A stretch of 64,000 bases of DNA from a bacterium. GTDB taxonomy: Bacteria > UBA8248. A program made the position numbers and the translations under genes. Position 1 is the first letter of the stretch. Every line of letters starts with the position of its first letter. The stretch covers positions 1,642,609 through 1,706,608 of the forward strand of contig OZ241875.1 of NCBI GenBank assembly GCA_965203325.1. The letters are read 5' to 3'. Under the pieces are notes generated by a model. The model searched no databases, was not told the DNA's origin, and saw only the letters and a list, made by a program, of their open reading frames with translations. Of the stretch, positions 12,229 through 22,437 are shown piece by piece.

Positions 12229-12652
12229 TACGCTGCCCGAAAACCTGGAACCAGGAGACGCCCTCCCCGAGCGGACGCACGAGGTGGACTGGGAGGACAT
12301 CCTCAAATTCAACCGCTACGTCACAGGCGGCGTGGATACCAGGAACATCCACACGGACGATGAGGTGGCCAGAAAGGCGGGCCTTCCCCGGGCGGTGGCG
12401 ACGGGCCGCCACCCGGTGTCGTTCATCACCGAGCTCATGGTCGATCACTTAGGCTTCGGCTTCATCACGGGCGGTGAGATCGATGTATCCTTCGTCAAGC
12501 CCATATTCCCGGGGGACGTTCTGACGCTTCAGGCCGTGCTCAAGGAGAAAACGCTCGACCAAGGCGCCACACGTTATCTCTTCGACGTATCGCTCACGAA
12601 CCAGGGCGGCGCAGCCGTAACGGTCGGCACTGCCGGCGCCCGACTCGCCTAA
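12221..12652 (+). CDS. MaoC family (R)-hydratase, catalytic-type subunit
   Basis: NIHTDDEVARKAGLPRAVATG, FVKPIFPGD. Confidence 0.85.
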   Translation: MTDTLPENLEPGDALPERTHEVDWEDILKFNRYVTGGVDTRNIHTDDEVARKAGLPRAVATGRHPVSFITELMVDHLGFGFITGGEIDVSFVKPIFPGDVLTLQAVLKEKTLDQGATRYLFDVSLTNQGGAAVTVGTAGARLA

Positions 12653-12661
12653 GACCCACGC

Positions 12662-14773
12662 ATGAGCGCGCACGAATCCCTGACGAGCCTGTTTCACCCG
12701 AAATCCTTCGCGGTGGTGGGCGCGGCTTCCGACTTGAACCGCCTGGGCGGCATCCCGCTCAGGCTCACGATGCGCTACGGCTTTCCCGGCCCCATCTACC
12801 CGATCAACCCGAGGCGCGAGGAGATAGCGGGCTTGAAATGCTACCCCGACGTGGCCTCCCTGCCCGAAGCGCCCGAGTTCGCGCTCATCTGCACCCCGAG
12901 AGAGGACGTTCTCCCCGCCCTCGCCCAGTGCGCGGAGCGCGGCGTCAAGGCCGCCGCCGTCATCACTTCGGGCTTTGCGGAAACGGGTGCGGAAGGCGTG
13001 GCGCTACAGGAGAAAATCCTGGAGTTGCGCGATAGGTCCGGCATGCGCGTGCTCGGCCCCAACTGCATGGGCGTCGTGCACGTGCGCTCGAAGCTCATGG
13101 CGACGTTCACGATATCCATCCGCGACGACGACCCGCTCATCCCGGGCGCGGTGGCCCTCGTCACCCAGAGCGGGGCGATGGGGGCGTGCATGCTCACGGG
13201 CTTTCAGGAGAGCGGCTCCGGCATCAGCAGCCTCGTGAGCCTCGGCAACGAGGTGGACGTTGATTTCGCGGAATGCGTCGAATACTTCATCGACGACCCG
13301 CACACGCGCGTCATCTGCGGGTATCTCGAATCGGTGCGCGACGGGGAACGCCTGAAACAAGCCGCCCTGCGCGCGCTGGGGCGGGGCAAACCCATCGTCC
13401 TCTTAAAGGGCGGCAAGACAGAAGAAGGCGCGCGCGCCGCGCGCAGCCACACTGCCGCCATCACGACTTCAAGCGACGTTTTCGACGCCTTCGCCGCGCA
13501 ATACGGGATTCAGGTGCTGGGTTCCATGGATGCGTTCATCGAGATAGCGGATTTCCTCGCGCGCAGCAAACCGATTCAGGGAAACGGGGTGGGCATTCTA
13601 AGCTTCTCGGGCGGTCTGGGCTCACTCGCGGCGGACTTAAGCACCGAGGCGGGCCTCACGCTCCCCATCCTCGCGGGGGAAACACAGGAAAAACTCGCGG
13701 GCGTCCTGCCCGACTACGCGCCCAAGGACAATCCCGTCGACTTGGTATCCCTCATGGTCAGCAAGCCCGAGAGCGAGCCGCTCAAAACGGCGGGGGAAGC
13801 GGTGGCGGGGGATGAGAACGTGGACGCCCTGCTCTTCATGATGGGCGTCTACCACCACGTGGGCGAGCAGATAGCGGCGGAGGTGAAGGCGCTCTTCGAA
13901 GCCTCATCGGTGCCCGTCGCCTTCGCCTGGCTCACCGGACCTCGCGAGCAGATAGACGCGCTCAGGAAAGCCTCCGTGCCCGTATTCGGCGATTACGCAA
14001 GGGCGATTCGCGGCCTGGAATCCCTCCTGTCGCTCAAAAACGCGCGCGAGGCGGCCGCCTCCAGACCCCGCTCGCTCGACCCTGCGCGGGCGGAGAAGGC
14101 GAAACGAATCATACGAGAGAGTATTCCCTCTTCCGACGGCTTTCTTCCGTCCGAGACCTGCGCGGAAATTCTCGATCTCTACGGCGTCCCGAGACCGAAG
14201 GAGACCCTGGTTGAAACGTCCGAAGAAGCGCTCAAAACGTGGGAAAAGTATAAAGCGCCCATCGCCCTCAAGGTCGTATCGGACAACCTTTCGCACAAGA
14301 CGGAAGCGGGCGGCGTCATTTTAGGTCTTAACACGCCTGATGAGGTTCTGTGCGCAGCTCAAAAACTGCTAGCCCTCAGCTATGATGCGCGTCTTCTGGT
14401 GCAGGAGATGATCGAGGGCGGCCTGGAGCTTCTCGTCGGCGTATCGAACGACCCGACGTTCGGCCCGTGCGTCACGGCGGGACTGGGCGGGGTGTACGTG
14501 GAAGCCCTCTCGGACGTGGCACGCCTGCTTCCGCCTTTCGATGCCGGGGAGGCCGAAGGCGCGCTGTCAAGACTTCGCTCGCGCGTCATCTTCGACGGCT
14601 TCCGGGGCGGGCCAACCGTTCAAATTCCGCACATATCCGATATAATGGTCAAAATCTCCGAACTGGCGACGGAATTAGAAGATACAGTCGCCGAGATGGA
14701 CTTGAACCCGCTCATCGCGGCGGCGGAGGGCTGCATCGCCGTGGACGTTCGGATAAAGACGAAATCCCAGTGA
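12662..14773 (+). CDS. Acyl-CoA synthetase (NDP-forming), fused CoA-binding and ATP-grasp domains
   Basis: PKSFAVVGA, GPNCMG, QSGAMG, SLGNE, AARSHT phospho-His, NPVDL, HKTEAGGV, EMDLNPL. Confidence 0.9.
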   Translation: MSAHESLTSLFHPKSFAVVGAASDLNRLGGIPLRLTMRYGFPGPIYPINPRREEIAGLKCYPDVASLPEAPEFALICTPREDVLPALAQCAERGVKAAAVITSGFAETGAEGVALQEKILELRDRSGMRVLGPNCMGVVHVRSKLMATFTISIRDDDPLIPGAVALVTQSGAMGACMLTGFQESGSGISSLVSLGNEVDVDFAECVEYFIDDPHTRVICGYLESVRDGERLKQAALRALGRGKPIVLLKGGKTEEGARAARSHTAAITTSSDVFDAFAAQYGIQVLGSMDAFIEIADFLARSKPIQGNGVGILSFSGGLGSLAADLSTEAGLTLPILAGETQEKLAGVLPDYAPKDNPVDLVSLMVSKPESEPLKTAGEAVAGDENVDALLFMMGVYHHVGEQIAAEVKALFEASSVPVAFAWLTGPREQIDALRKASVPVFGDYARAIRGLESLLSLKNAREAAASRPRSLDPARAEKAKRIIRESIPSSDGFLPSETCAEILDLYGVPRPKETLVETSEEALKTWEKYKAPIALKVVSDNLSHKTEAGGVILGLNTPDEVLCAAQKLLALSYDARLLVQEMIEGGLELLVGVSNDPTFGPCVTAGLGGVYVEALSDVARLLPPFDAGEAEGALSRLRSRVIFDGFRGGPTVQIPHISDIMVKISELATELEDTVAEMDLNPLIAAAEGCIAVDVRIKTKSQ

Positions 14774-14783
14774 GAGGACACGC

Positions 14784-15218
14784 ATGAGCACGAGAATCAC
14801 GCCCGAAATACGCGCCCTGGTGGGGCGAAAGCACGGCCCCTACCGCGTGAGGGTCGAGCAGGGGGCGATAGAGAAATTCGCGGACGCGGTCGGCGACGAT
14901 AACCCCGCCTACCGGGGGCCGGACGCGGTCGCACCGCCGACGTTTCCCACCACCTTCCGGCCAAAGGACGCCTACCCCGATCTCCCGCCCGGTTTCGGCG
15001 ACGTGGGCCTTCACGCCTCACAGGTCTATGAGGTCGAGCGGCCCATCCGCGCGGGCGATGAACTGGACATTTCCTTCACCATCGTGGACATCACCGAAAA
15101 GTCGGGCCGCACGGGCGACCTCGTCTTCGTCGAGCGAGAATACGAGTTCACCGACGCGCGCGACGGCGCCCGCGTGGGCGGCGGCAAGTGGGTGTCGCTC
15201 AGGCGATTCAGGAACTGA
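14784..15218 (+). CDS. MaoC N-terminal-like (HadA-type) hot-dog protein
   Basis: IEKFADAVGDDNPAY, APPTF, LHASQ, RPIRAGD, KSGRTG. Confidence 0.85.
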   Translation: MSTRITPEIRALVGRKHGPYRVRVEQGAIEKFADAVGDDNPAYRGPDAVAPPTFPTTFRPKDAYPDLPPGFGDVGLHASQVYEVERPIRAGDELDISFTIVDITEKSGRTGDLVFVEREYEFTDARDGARVGGGKWVSLRRFRN

Positions 15219-15228
15219 AGGAGAGACG

Positions 15229-15630
15229 ATGCGCTACCAGAAGGGAGATACCCTCCCTGAACTCGTGAAGGACCCCGTCTCGCGGACGCAGCTCGTGAAA
15301 TACGCCGGCGCGAGCGGGGATTACAACTCGATCCACTATGACGACGAGGCGGCGCGCGCGGGCGGACTGGAGGGCGTCATCGCCCACGGGATGCTCTCGA
15401 TGGGCTTTCTGGGGCAATTCGTCGAAACCGCCTTCGGCGCGGGAAGCTACAAGCGGCTCGAAGTCCGCTTTCAGGGCATGGTGAAGCTCGGCGAGGTCAT
15501 CACCTGCCGGGGCGTCGTGACCGATTTAGCAGAAGAGAATGGCCGGGAATACGCCGCCTGCGAGATCGAGGCGGTAGACTTAAGTGGCCGCGTCGTCACC
15601 AAAGGCTGCGCACAGGCCTGGCTGGACTGA
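15229..15630 (+). CDS. MaoC dehydratase (HadB-type)
   Basis: YAGASGDYNSIHYD...IAHGMLSMG hydratase-2 motif; SD aaggag. Confidence 0.9.
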   Translation: MRYQKGDTLPELVKDPVSRTQLVKYAGASGDYNSIHYDDEAARAGGLEGVIAHGMLSMGFLGQFVETAFGAGSYKRLEVRFQGMVKLGEVITCRGVVTDLAEENGREYAACEIEAVDLSGRVVTKGCAQAWLD

Positions 15631-15659
15631 AATCCATAGAACGGAAAGAGAGGAATTCC

Positions 15660-16403
15660 ATGAGACTGAAAGACAAGAACGCCCTCGTGACGGGCGCGGC
15701 CCAGGGCATCGGACGCTCTGTCTGCCAACGCTTCGCCGAGGAGGGCGCCAAGGTGCTCGTCGTCGACATGAACGAGGAAGGCGGCGAGGAGACGGCGCGC
15801 CTGATAAGGGAAGCCGGGGGCGAGGCGCTCTTCCACAAGGCCGACGTGAGCAGCCTCGCGGAAGTCGAGGGCGCGCTCGACGCGTCCGAGGCCGCGCACG
15901 GGCCCATCCACGTGATGGTGAACAACGCCGGCATCGTGCGCGCGGCCATGCTCCACAAGATGAGCGAAGAACAGTGGGACTCCGTGATCGCCGTGCATCT
16001 CAAGGGCACCTGGACGGGCATCCACGCGGCGGCCAAGCGCATGATCCCCCGGAAAGAGGGCCGCATCATCAACGTCACCTCGGGTGCGGGGCTTCGCGGC
16101 ACCATCGGGCAGATCAATTATTCTTCGGCCAAGATGGGCATCGTCGGCGCGACGCAGAGCGCGGCCCGCGAACTGGGACGCTACAACATCACCGTGAACT
16201 GCGTCTCGCCCGCGGCCATCACCCCGATGACGGAGACGATTCGCACCGATGAGCGATTCGAGTCGAAGTATCTCGAGCGCATCTGCCTCGGCCGGTGGGG
16301 CGAGCCCGAGGAGATGGCGGCGGGGTTCGTCTTCCTGGCGTCGGACGAGGCGAGCTACGTGACGGGCATCGTGCTCCGAATCGACGGGGGATTGGGGATG
16401 TAG
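15660..16403 (+). CDS. Short-chain dehydrogenase/reductase (FabG-like)
   Basis: TGAAQGIG, NNAGI, YSSAK. Confidence 0.92.
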   Translation: MRLKDKNALVTGAAQGIGRSVCQRFAEEGAKVLVVDMNEEGGEETARLIREAGGEALFHKADVSSLAEVEGALDASEAAHGPIHVMVNNAGIVRAAMLHKMSEEQWDSVIAVHLKGTWTGIHAAAKRMIPRKEGRIINVTSGAGLRGTIGQINYSSAKMGIVGATQSAARELGRYNITVNCVSPAAITPMTETIRTDERFESKYLERICLGRWGEPEEMAAGFVFLASDEASYVTGIVLRIDGGLGM

Positions 16404-16418
16404 GGGAATTATGGAATT

Positions 16419-16492
16419 GTAGGGACAACCCCCTGTGGTTGTCCCTCTTCGGAATGGATACGACCGGGACAGGCACGGGGGCCTGTCCCTAC
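16419..16492. repeat. GTAG-type REP doublet (REPIN) upstream of RAYT1
   Basis: GTAGGGACAACCCCCTGTGGTTGTCCCT ... GGGACAGGCACGGGGGCCTGTCCCTAC. Confidence 0.85.
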
Positions 16493-16555
16493 AAAAGGCC
16501 TTTTGTTTGACCTCGTCTCGGTTGTAATGAGTGGGTGTGGTCGAGAAATTTGCGT

Positions 16556-17137
16556 ATGAAAGACAGAAAAGCGAACATATTGAAGGGTTACGATTATTCG
16601 CAAGGTGGATGTTATTGCGTCACGGTTTGTGTGCAGGACAGAGAGGAATTGTTCGGTGAAATCATCGACGGTGAAATGGTTTCAAATGCCGCAGGTAAAA
16701 TGGTGAAAACAACATGGAACGAATTGCCGGAATTCTATAGCGGTGTTGAAACGGATCAATTCCAGATCATGCCGAATCACGTCCACGGCATCATCGTCAT
16801 TACGGGAAACGAATTCCCCCACGGAACTGTAGGGACAGGCCCCCGTGCCTGTCCTGAATATGCCCATCCTGACATGGGACAACCACGGGGGGTTGTCCCT
16901 ACGATGTCATTATCGGATATCGTGCATCGGTTCAAATCTATGACGACCCATAGATACATTGCGAACGTCAATGATGGTGAATGGAGACCCTTTGATAGGA
17001 AACTCTGGCAACGATCATTCCACGATCACGTCATCCGCGACTAGGAAGACCTCAACCGCGTCCGGGAATACATCCAGAACAATCCGTTGAAATGGGCGCT
17101 GGATGAGGAAAACCCAGCCAATCATGCGGGGCCGTAG
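16556..17137 (+). pseudogene. REP-associated tyrosine transposase (RAYT, IS200/Y1 family) with premature TAG at 17042-17044
   Basis: GYDYSQGG, MPNHVHGI (HUH), WQRSFHDHVIRD-*-EDLNRVREYIQNNPLKW; the catalytic Tyr lies after the stop. Confidence 0.85.
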
Positions 17138-17280
17138 GGGCGATTCCCTTTCCGGGACCGCCCCACTATTCGCGAACGGCTCTATTATCTTAATAGCCCC
17201 CCATCTGGCATCCCCGTCATGGGCCTGCTAGAATCGCCGCAGGTTTTGCCCCTTGATAACAAAAAGCGGAGGAACCGCCC

Positions 17281-18309
17281 ATGAAGGCCATGATCCTTAA
17301 AGAGTTCGGCAAGCCCCTCGTCTATGAGGAAGCGCCCGAGCCCAAGATCGGCCCCCGCCAGGTGCTCGTCGAATCGAAGGCGAACGGCCTTTGCGCGACC
17401 GACCTGAAGATAGTGGACGGCAGCGTGAAGTCGGCCCCCACGCCCCTGATGCTCGGCCACGAGAACTCGGGCGTCGTGCTCGAAGTGGGCTCAGAAGTCG
17501 ATTCCGTCACTCCGGGCGACCGCGTGGTCGTCGTGAGCAAGCAGACCTGCGGGCGCTGCCGCATGTGCCGCGCGGGCCATGAGGAGATGTGCCTGAACTC
17601 GCCGGGACGCCTGGGGATAGAGATCGACGGCGGTTTCGGCCAACTCGTCGCGGTCTCGGAACGGAACCTCGTCAAAGTCGGGGAAAACGTCTCGCTGGCG
17701 GCGGCCTCCCTCATCGGCGGGACGCTCGGCTCCCCGCTCCACGCCATCCGCATGGCGCGGCCCGAACTCGGCGAGTGCGCCGTCATCTTCGGGGTCGGGG
17801 GACTGGGGCTGCACGCCCTGCAGATCCTCCGCCACCTGGGCGTGAACGTCATCGCCGTGGACGTGAAGGAAGAAAAGCTCGCCAAGGCGCGCGAACTCGG
17901 CGCGTTTGAGACCGTGAACGCGATGGAGGCCGACCCGGTCAAGGCCGTGATGGACATGACGAACGGCTTCGGCGCGGACATCGCGCTCGAGATCGTCGGC
18001 GGAGCCGCCGTGCCGCCCGTGCTCCAGCAGTGCATCGATCTCTTAAGGCCCGGCGGACGCCTCGTCATCCTCGGCTACTCCTTCGGCCAGAAAGTGGAAA
18101 TCGACCCCGCGCAACTCGTCTACAAGTGGATCCAGATCGTCGCGTCGCACAACCACACGGTGCGCGACGTGGCCGACGCCGCGAGCCTGGTGAACGACGG
18201 CCGGGTGCGCGCCGTCATCACCGAAGAAGCCCCGATGCCGGACGCCAACGACGCGCTGGCCGCCCTTCGCGCGGGCGACCCGGTGGGCCGCATCGTCCTC
18301 ACGTGGTGA
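17281..18309 (+). CDS. Zinc-dependent alcohol dehydrogenase family protein
   Basis: GLCATD, GHE, CGRCRMC...C, GVGGLG. Confidence 0.9.
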   Translation: MKAMILKEFGKPLVYEEAPEPKIGPRQVLVESKANGLCATDLKIVDGSVKSAPTPLMLGHENSGVVLEVGSEVDSVTPGDRVVVVSKQTCGRCRMCRAGHEEMCLNSPGRLGIEIDGGFGQLVAVSERNLVKVGENVSLAAASLIGGTLGSPLHAIRMARPELGECAVIFGVGGLGLHALQILRHLGVNVIAVDVKEEKLAKARELGAFETVNAMEADPVKAVMDMTNGFGADIALEIVGGAAVPPVLQQCIDLLRPGGRLVILGYSFGQKVEIDPAQLVYKWIQIVASHNHTVRDVADAASLVNDGRVRAVITEEAPMPDANDALAALRAGDPVGRIVLTW

Positions 18310-18373
18310 GGCGACCGGCCTGATGAGATCATACGACCTATATCAACCAACCAACGCATCCGCAGGAGGCAGC

Positions 18374-19765
18374 ATGTCGCATCGAATCGAAACCGACAGC
18401 ATGGGCGAGATCGAGGTGCCCGGGGACAAATACTACGGCGCGCAGACGGCGCGCTCGCTCGTTCATTTCAAGATAGGCGGCGACCGCTTCCCGCGCGAGG
18501 TCATCCGCGCGCTGGGGATTCTGAAGAAAGCCGCCGCGGTGACGAACGAGGAGTTGGGGATTCTCGATTCGGATAAGGCCGCGCTCATCACACAGGCGGC
18601 GGATGAGGTGATCGCGGGCGACCTGGACGCGCATTTCCCCCTCGTTGTCTGGCAGACCGGCAGCGGCACGCAGACGAACATGAACGCGAACGAGGTCATC
18701 GCCAACCGCGCCATCGAACTCGCGGGCGGCGTGATGGGCTCCAAGGACCCGATACACCCCAATGACGACGTGAACAAGGCGCAGTCCTCGAACGACACCT
18801 TCCCGACGGCGATGCACGTCGCGGCGGGCGAGCAGATGACGAAGAAGCTCATCCCCGCCGTGGGGACGCTTGGGGCTACGCTCGCGCAGAAGGCCGAGGC
18901 ATTCGATTCGATCATCAAGATCGGCCGCACGCATCTCATGGACGCCGTTCCCTTGACGCTCGGCCAAGAATTCTCGGGCTACGCCCAGCAGCTCGAAAAC
19001 GGCTTGGCGCGCGTCAGGATGTCGCTGGACGGCATCTACGAGCTGGCCTTGGGCGGCACGGCGGTGGGCACGGGCCTCAACACCCATCCCGACTTCGCGG
19101 ACAAGGCCGCCGCCCGGATCGCCGATATGACGGGGCTTCCCTTCAGAAGCGCGCCCAACAAGTTCGAGGCGCTCGCCGCGCACGATGCGGTCGTCTTCGC
19201 GAGCGGGGCGGTGAAGACGCTGGCGGCATCCCTGATGAAAATCGCGAACGACATCCGGATGCTGGCGTCCGGCCCCCGGTGCGGCGTGGGCGAGTTGCTC
19301 ATTCCCGAGAACGAGCCTGGAAGCTCCATCATGCCCGGCAAGGTGAATCCCACCCAGAGCGAGGCGATGACGATGGTGTGCGCCCAGGTGATGGGCAACG
19401 ACGTGGCGGTGAACGTGGGAGGTGCTACGGGACATTTCGAGCTCAACGTCTTCAAGCCCGTGATGATCTTCAACCTGCTGAATTCCGTGCGCCTGCTGGC
19501 CGATGCGTGCGTTTCGTTCAACGAACACTGCGCGGTGGGAATCGAGCCCAACCGCCCGGCGATAGACGCCTATCTCCAGAACTCGCTCATGCTCGTGACG
19601 GCGCTGAACCCCGTCATCGGGTACGACAACGCGGCCAGGGTGGCGAAAAAGGCGTTTGCCGAGGGTGGCACCCTGCGCGACGCGGCGGTCGCCCTCGACC
19701 TCTTGACGGGCGAGGAGTTCGACGCCGCCGTCAAGCCCGAAAACATGATCGGGCCGAGGGGGTAG
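18374..19765 (+). CDS. fumC: Class II fumarate hydratase
   Basis: [39 protein letters not shown]. Confidence 0.97.
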   Translation: MSHRIETDSMGEIEVPGDKYYGAQTARSLVHFKIGGDRFPREVIRALGILKKAAAVTNEELGILDSDKAALITQAADEVIAGDLDAHFPLVVWQTGSGTQTNMNANEVIANRAIELAGGVMGSKDPIHPNDDVNKAQSSNDTFPTAMHVAAGEQMTKKLIPAVGTLGATLAQKAEAFDSIIKIGRTHLMDAVPLTLGQEFSGYAQQLENGLARVRMSLDGIYELALGGTAVGTGLNTHPDFADKAAARIADMTGLPFRSAPNKFEALAAHDAVVFASGAVKTLAASLMKIANDIRMLASGPRCGVGELLIPENEPGSSIMPGKVNPTQSEAMTMVCAQVMGNDVAVNVGGATGHFELNVFKPVMIFNLLNSVRLLADACVSFNEHCAVGIEPNRPAIDAYLQNSLMLVTALNPVIGYDNAARVAKKAFAEGGTLRDAAVALDLLTGEEFDAAVKPENMIGPRG

Positions 19766-19793
19766 CCATCAGGACAGGCACGGGGACCTGTTT

Positions 19794-20303
19794 CTACGAC
19801 CCAACCTGATTTGTTGGGTTGTATTCGTCAAGCGACCATTTCAGAGGATTGTTCTGAATGTATTCACGTATGCGGTTGAGGTCGTCATCGTCGCGGATAA
19901 CGTGATCGTAGAATGATCGTTGCCAATTGAAACAAGCGAGACCATGTTCGCGTATACGTTTCGATGACGTGGTCTTGAACGCGCCGACCAATTCCGACAA
20001 TGATTTGATTTTCAACGCATCTGTAGGGACAGGTCGCGACCTGTCCCAATGGGGTTGGATTATCAAAATGCCGTGGAAATGATTCGGCATCACGACGTAT
20101 TCATCCGATTCGACATAATCATATCGCTCGGACAACCATCGCCATCGCGTATCAACAATCTCTCCTGTCTGGTTCAAAACCATCTCGCCGTCGACAATTT
20201 CGCCGAGCAATTCCTCTCTGCTTCGCACACAAACCGTCACGAAATAACATCCCGCTTTTGAATAATCGTAACCTTCCAACCTGTTCAACTTTCTGTCTTT
20301 CAT
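19794..20303 (-). CDS. REP-associated tyrosine transposase (RAYT), intact
   Basis: GYDYSKAG, MPNHFHGI, FKTTSSK, WQRSFYDHVIR, YIQNNP; REPs on both sides and inside. Confidence 0.9.
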   Translation of the reverse strand: MKDRKLNRLEGYDYSKAGCYFVTVCVRSREELLGEIVDGEMVLNQTGEIVDTRWRWLSERYDYVESDEYVVMPNHFHGILIIQPHWDRSRPVPTDALKIKSLSELVGAFKTTSSKRIREHGLACFNWQRSFYDHVIRDDDDLNRIREYIQNNPLKWSLDEYNPTNQVGS

Positions 20304-20383
20304 TCTTGAATTTCCAAATTTCTCGACCGCAACCATTCCTTACAGCCGAGTCGCCGATAAATAAAAAGGGTGGGTTTTCTCCT

Positions 20384-20478
20384 TAGGGACAGGTCGCGAC
20401 CTGTCCCTACAGTTACGTCCTGCCGATGTGGGAATATGATCCCGTCGCGTGGCGGACAGGCACGGGGCCTATCCCTAT
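20384..20478. repeat. GTAG-type REP palindromes upstream of RAYT2
   Basis: TAGGGACAGGTCGCGACCTGTCCCTAC at 20384-20410 and a degenerate copy near 20454. Confidence 0.8.
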
Positions 20479-20493
20479 TAAAGGCATCACCCC

Positions 20494-21537
20494 CTACCTC
20501 TCCGCGAACCCCTCAAACGCCACCGGGATCGTCTGGATATCCTGGATCAGGTCGGTCGGGAGGTCGCGGTCCGCCGTGGGGAGCATGCCCGCGTAGAGGG
20601 TGTCGACGCCGTTGCCGAAGCGCGCCTTTATCGCCTGCTTTATTTCATCGTGCGTGCCTACCGCAGCGAAAAGGCGCACCAGGTCGTCCGGAATCTCGCC
20701 CGCCAGTTCGCCCCACTTGCCCTCGCGCGTCATCTGCCTGAGCTTTCTGCCCAGATCGCCGTAGCCGTGCATCTCGAGCACCGGCCAGTAATCGGGCGTG
20801 GAGCCGTAAAAGCCGAGACGCACCTTGACCTCATCCATCCCGCGGCGCAGGGCCTCCTCATCGCGCCCCGTGACGACGTAGCCGCCGCCCGTGACCTCGA
20901 ATTGCTCGCGCGTGATCCCGTTCTCCCCGAATCCCTCCGTGAGCCTCGGCAGGCAGAACTCCTCGAAATACCTGCTGGTGCAGAAAGGATGCAGCCGCAC
21001 GCCGTCGCACCGGCTCCCTGCGACTTTCAGCATCCCCGGCCCCACCGCCGCGATGGTGACGGGCGCCATGGGCTGGCCCCCGGAGGGCGGCGTGAAGGCG
21101 GGCGTCATGAGGGAGAACTGGTAGTGTTCGCCCTTGTAATCGAGCTTTTCCCCGCTTTGCCAGGCGCGCCATATCGCGCGCAGCGATTCCACGTATTCGC
21201 GCATCCTCGCTGCGGGCGCGCTCCAGGGCACGCTGAAGCGCCGCACGTTGTGCGCGCGAATCTGGGGGCCGAGCCCCAGGACGAACCTTCCCTCCGAGGC
21301 GACTTGTAAGTCCCAAGCCGCGTTCGCGCACACCATGGGACTCCTCGGAAAGGCGATGACCACGGCGGTCAGAAGCTCCACGCGCTCGGTCTCCACAGCC
21401 GCCACCGCCAGGGGCAGGAACGGGTGGTGCGCGTTTTCCATGGTCATGGCGCCGTCATAGCCGGCCGCCTCAATCTCTCGCGCGGCGGGACCCGCTTTTT
21501 TCAAGTCATCCATCGGCAGGGTGGTCATGATACGCAT
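20494..21537 (-). CDS. Luciferase-like (LLM) oxidoreductase, probably F420-dependent (MSMEG_2256-like)
   Basis: AFPRSPM, AWDLQ, GRFVLGLGPQIRAH, RMREY, AAVGP, FYGSTP; SD caggag before ATG 21537. Confidence 0.8.
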   Translation of the reverse strand: MRIMTTLPMDDLKKAGPAAREIEAAGYDGAMTMENAHHPFLPLAVAAVETERVELLTAVVIAFPRSPMVCANAAWDLQVASEGRFVLGLGPQIRAHNVRRFSVPWSAPAARMREYVESLRAIWRAWQSGEKLDYKGEHYQFSLMTPAFTPPSGGQPMAPVTIAAVGPGMLKVAGSRCDGVRLHPFCTSRYFEEFCLPRLTEGFGENGITREQFEVTGGGYVVTGRDEEALRRGMDEVKVRLGFYGSTPDYWPVLEMHGYGDLGRKLRQMTREGKWGELAGEIPDDLVRLFAAVGTHDEIKQAIKARFGNGVDTLYAGMLPTADRDLPTDLIQDIQTIPVAFEGFAER

Positions 21538-21676
21538 CTCGGAACTCCTGTCTTGATAAAAGAAAACGCCGCCGGGCGGCGGGGCGGCGCCATGATACAC
21601 GATCCATCCCGCGCACACATCGTGATATGATGGGGTATCGAACAACGCCAAGCGCGCATCGAATGGAGAAGACTCC

Positions 21677-22426
21677 ATGAGCCAGCCGTGCCGTCTCGAA
21701 TACCGCGGCTTTCACCAGCTCGAACTCGTGCGCCACGGGGGCGAGGAGATACGCATCGGCGGGCAGCCCCGCGTTCTGCAGGAACCTCCGCCCAACGTGG
21801 CCTCGCGGCCTCCCGTCGATACGGTGCAGTACGTCTACGCGACGTGGGATGAAAAACGCGAGCGCGTGAAGCTGATCGCCTCGACCACTGGACATGAAAC
21901 GCTGGACGGCGAGGAGGTGATGCGCGGCGAGCCGGCGGCGCTCCTCGTCGGCATGGGAAGGCCCTACGAGAACAGGCCCAGGCACTACCACTGGGCGGAC
22001 AGGCCCGAGCACAGGACGCTCATCCTGAGCCGGCACAACCGAAAGCGGATCGAATGGCGGCAGAGGCTGCACGCGGATGCGATGGTCGCACCGGGCGGAT
22101 GGCGCGAAATATCGCAAGACCTCTCCGTCTCTTTTCTCGTATGGGGAGAGGAGGAGGCGGGTCTGGAAATCGAGGGCCGCGTGCGGAGCGAGGTGGCCGC
22201 CTCGCCGCTGCTCCTGGGCGTGGGGCTTGACGGCGCGCCGCCCGAATCGGCTGATGTGGAGATCGCACCCGGCTCAAGGCCGGCTCAGGCCTTCAACCTC
22301 AAATACGAGAGAAGATTCTCCCGCGATGAGGAGGGTTTTCATACGCTTTTTCTTCACGGAAAAACCGAAGACGCCTCCTGGACTGCTCTTCAAGGCGCGA
22401 CGCTGCGCTATTCCACTCTTGGCTAA
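21677..22426 (+). CDS. Hypothetical protein
   Basis: Long ORF with GGAG SD and host-like codon use; its stop overlaps the SD of the next gene. Confidence 0.7.
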   Translation: MSQPCRLEYRGFHQLELVRHGGEEIRIGGQPRVLQEPPPNVASRPPVDTVQYVYATWDEKRERVKLIASTTGHETLDGEEVMRGEPAALLVGMGRPYENRPRHYHWADRPEHRTLILSRHNRKRIEWRQRLHADAMVAPGGWREISQDLSVSFLVWGEEEAGLEIEGRVRSEVAASPLLLGVGLDGAPPESADVEIAPGSRPAQAFNLKYERRFSRDEEGFHTLFLHGKTEDASWTALQGATLRYSTLG

Positions 22427-22437
22427 GGAGCAAGACG

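Noticed and set aside
17042-17044. Pyrrolysine or amber readthrough in RAYT1
   Set aside because: The position is an unconserved acidic residue in the paralogue, TAG is used as a normal stop throughout the window, and no pyl genes are seen
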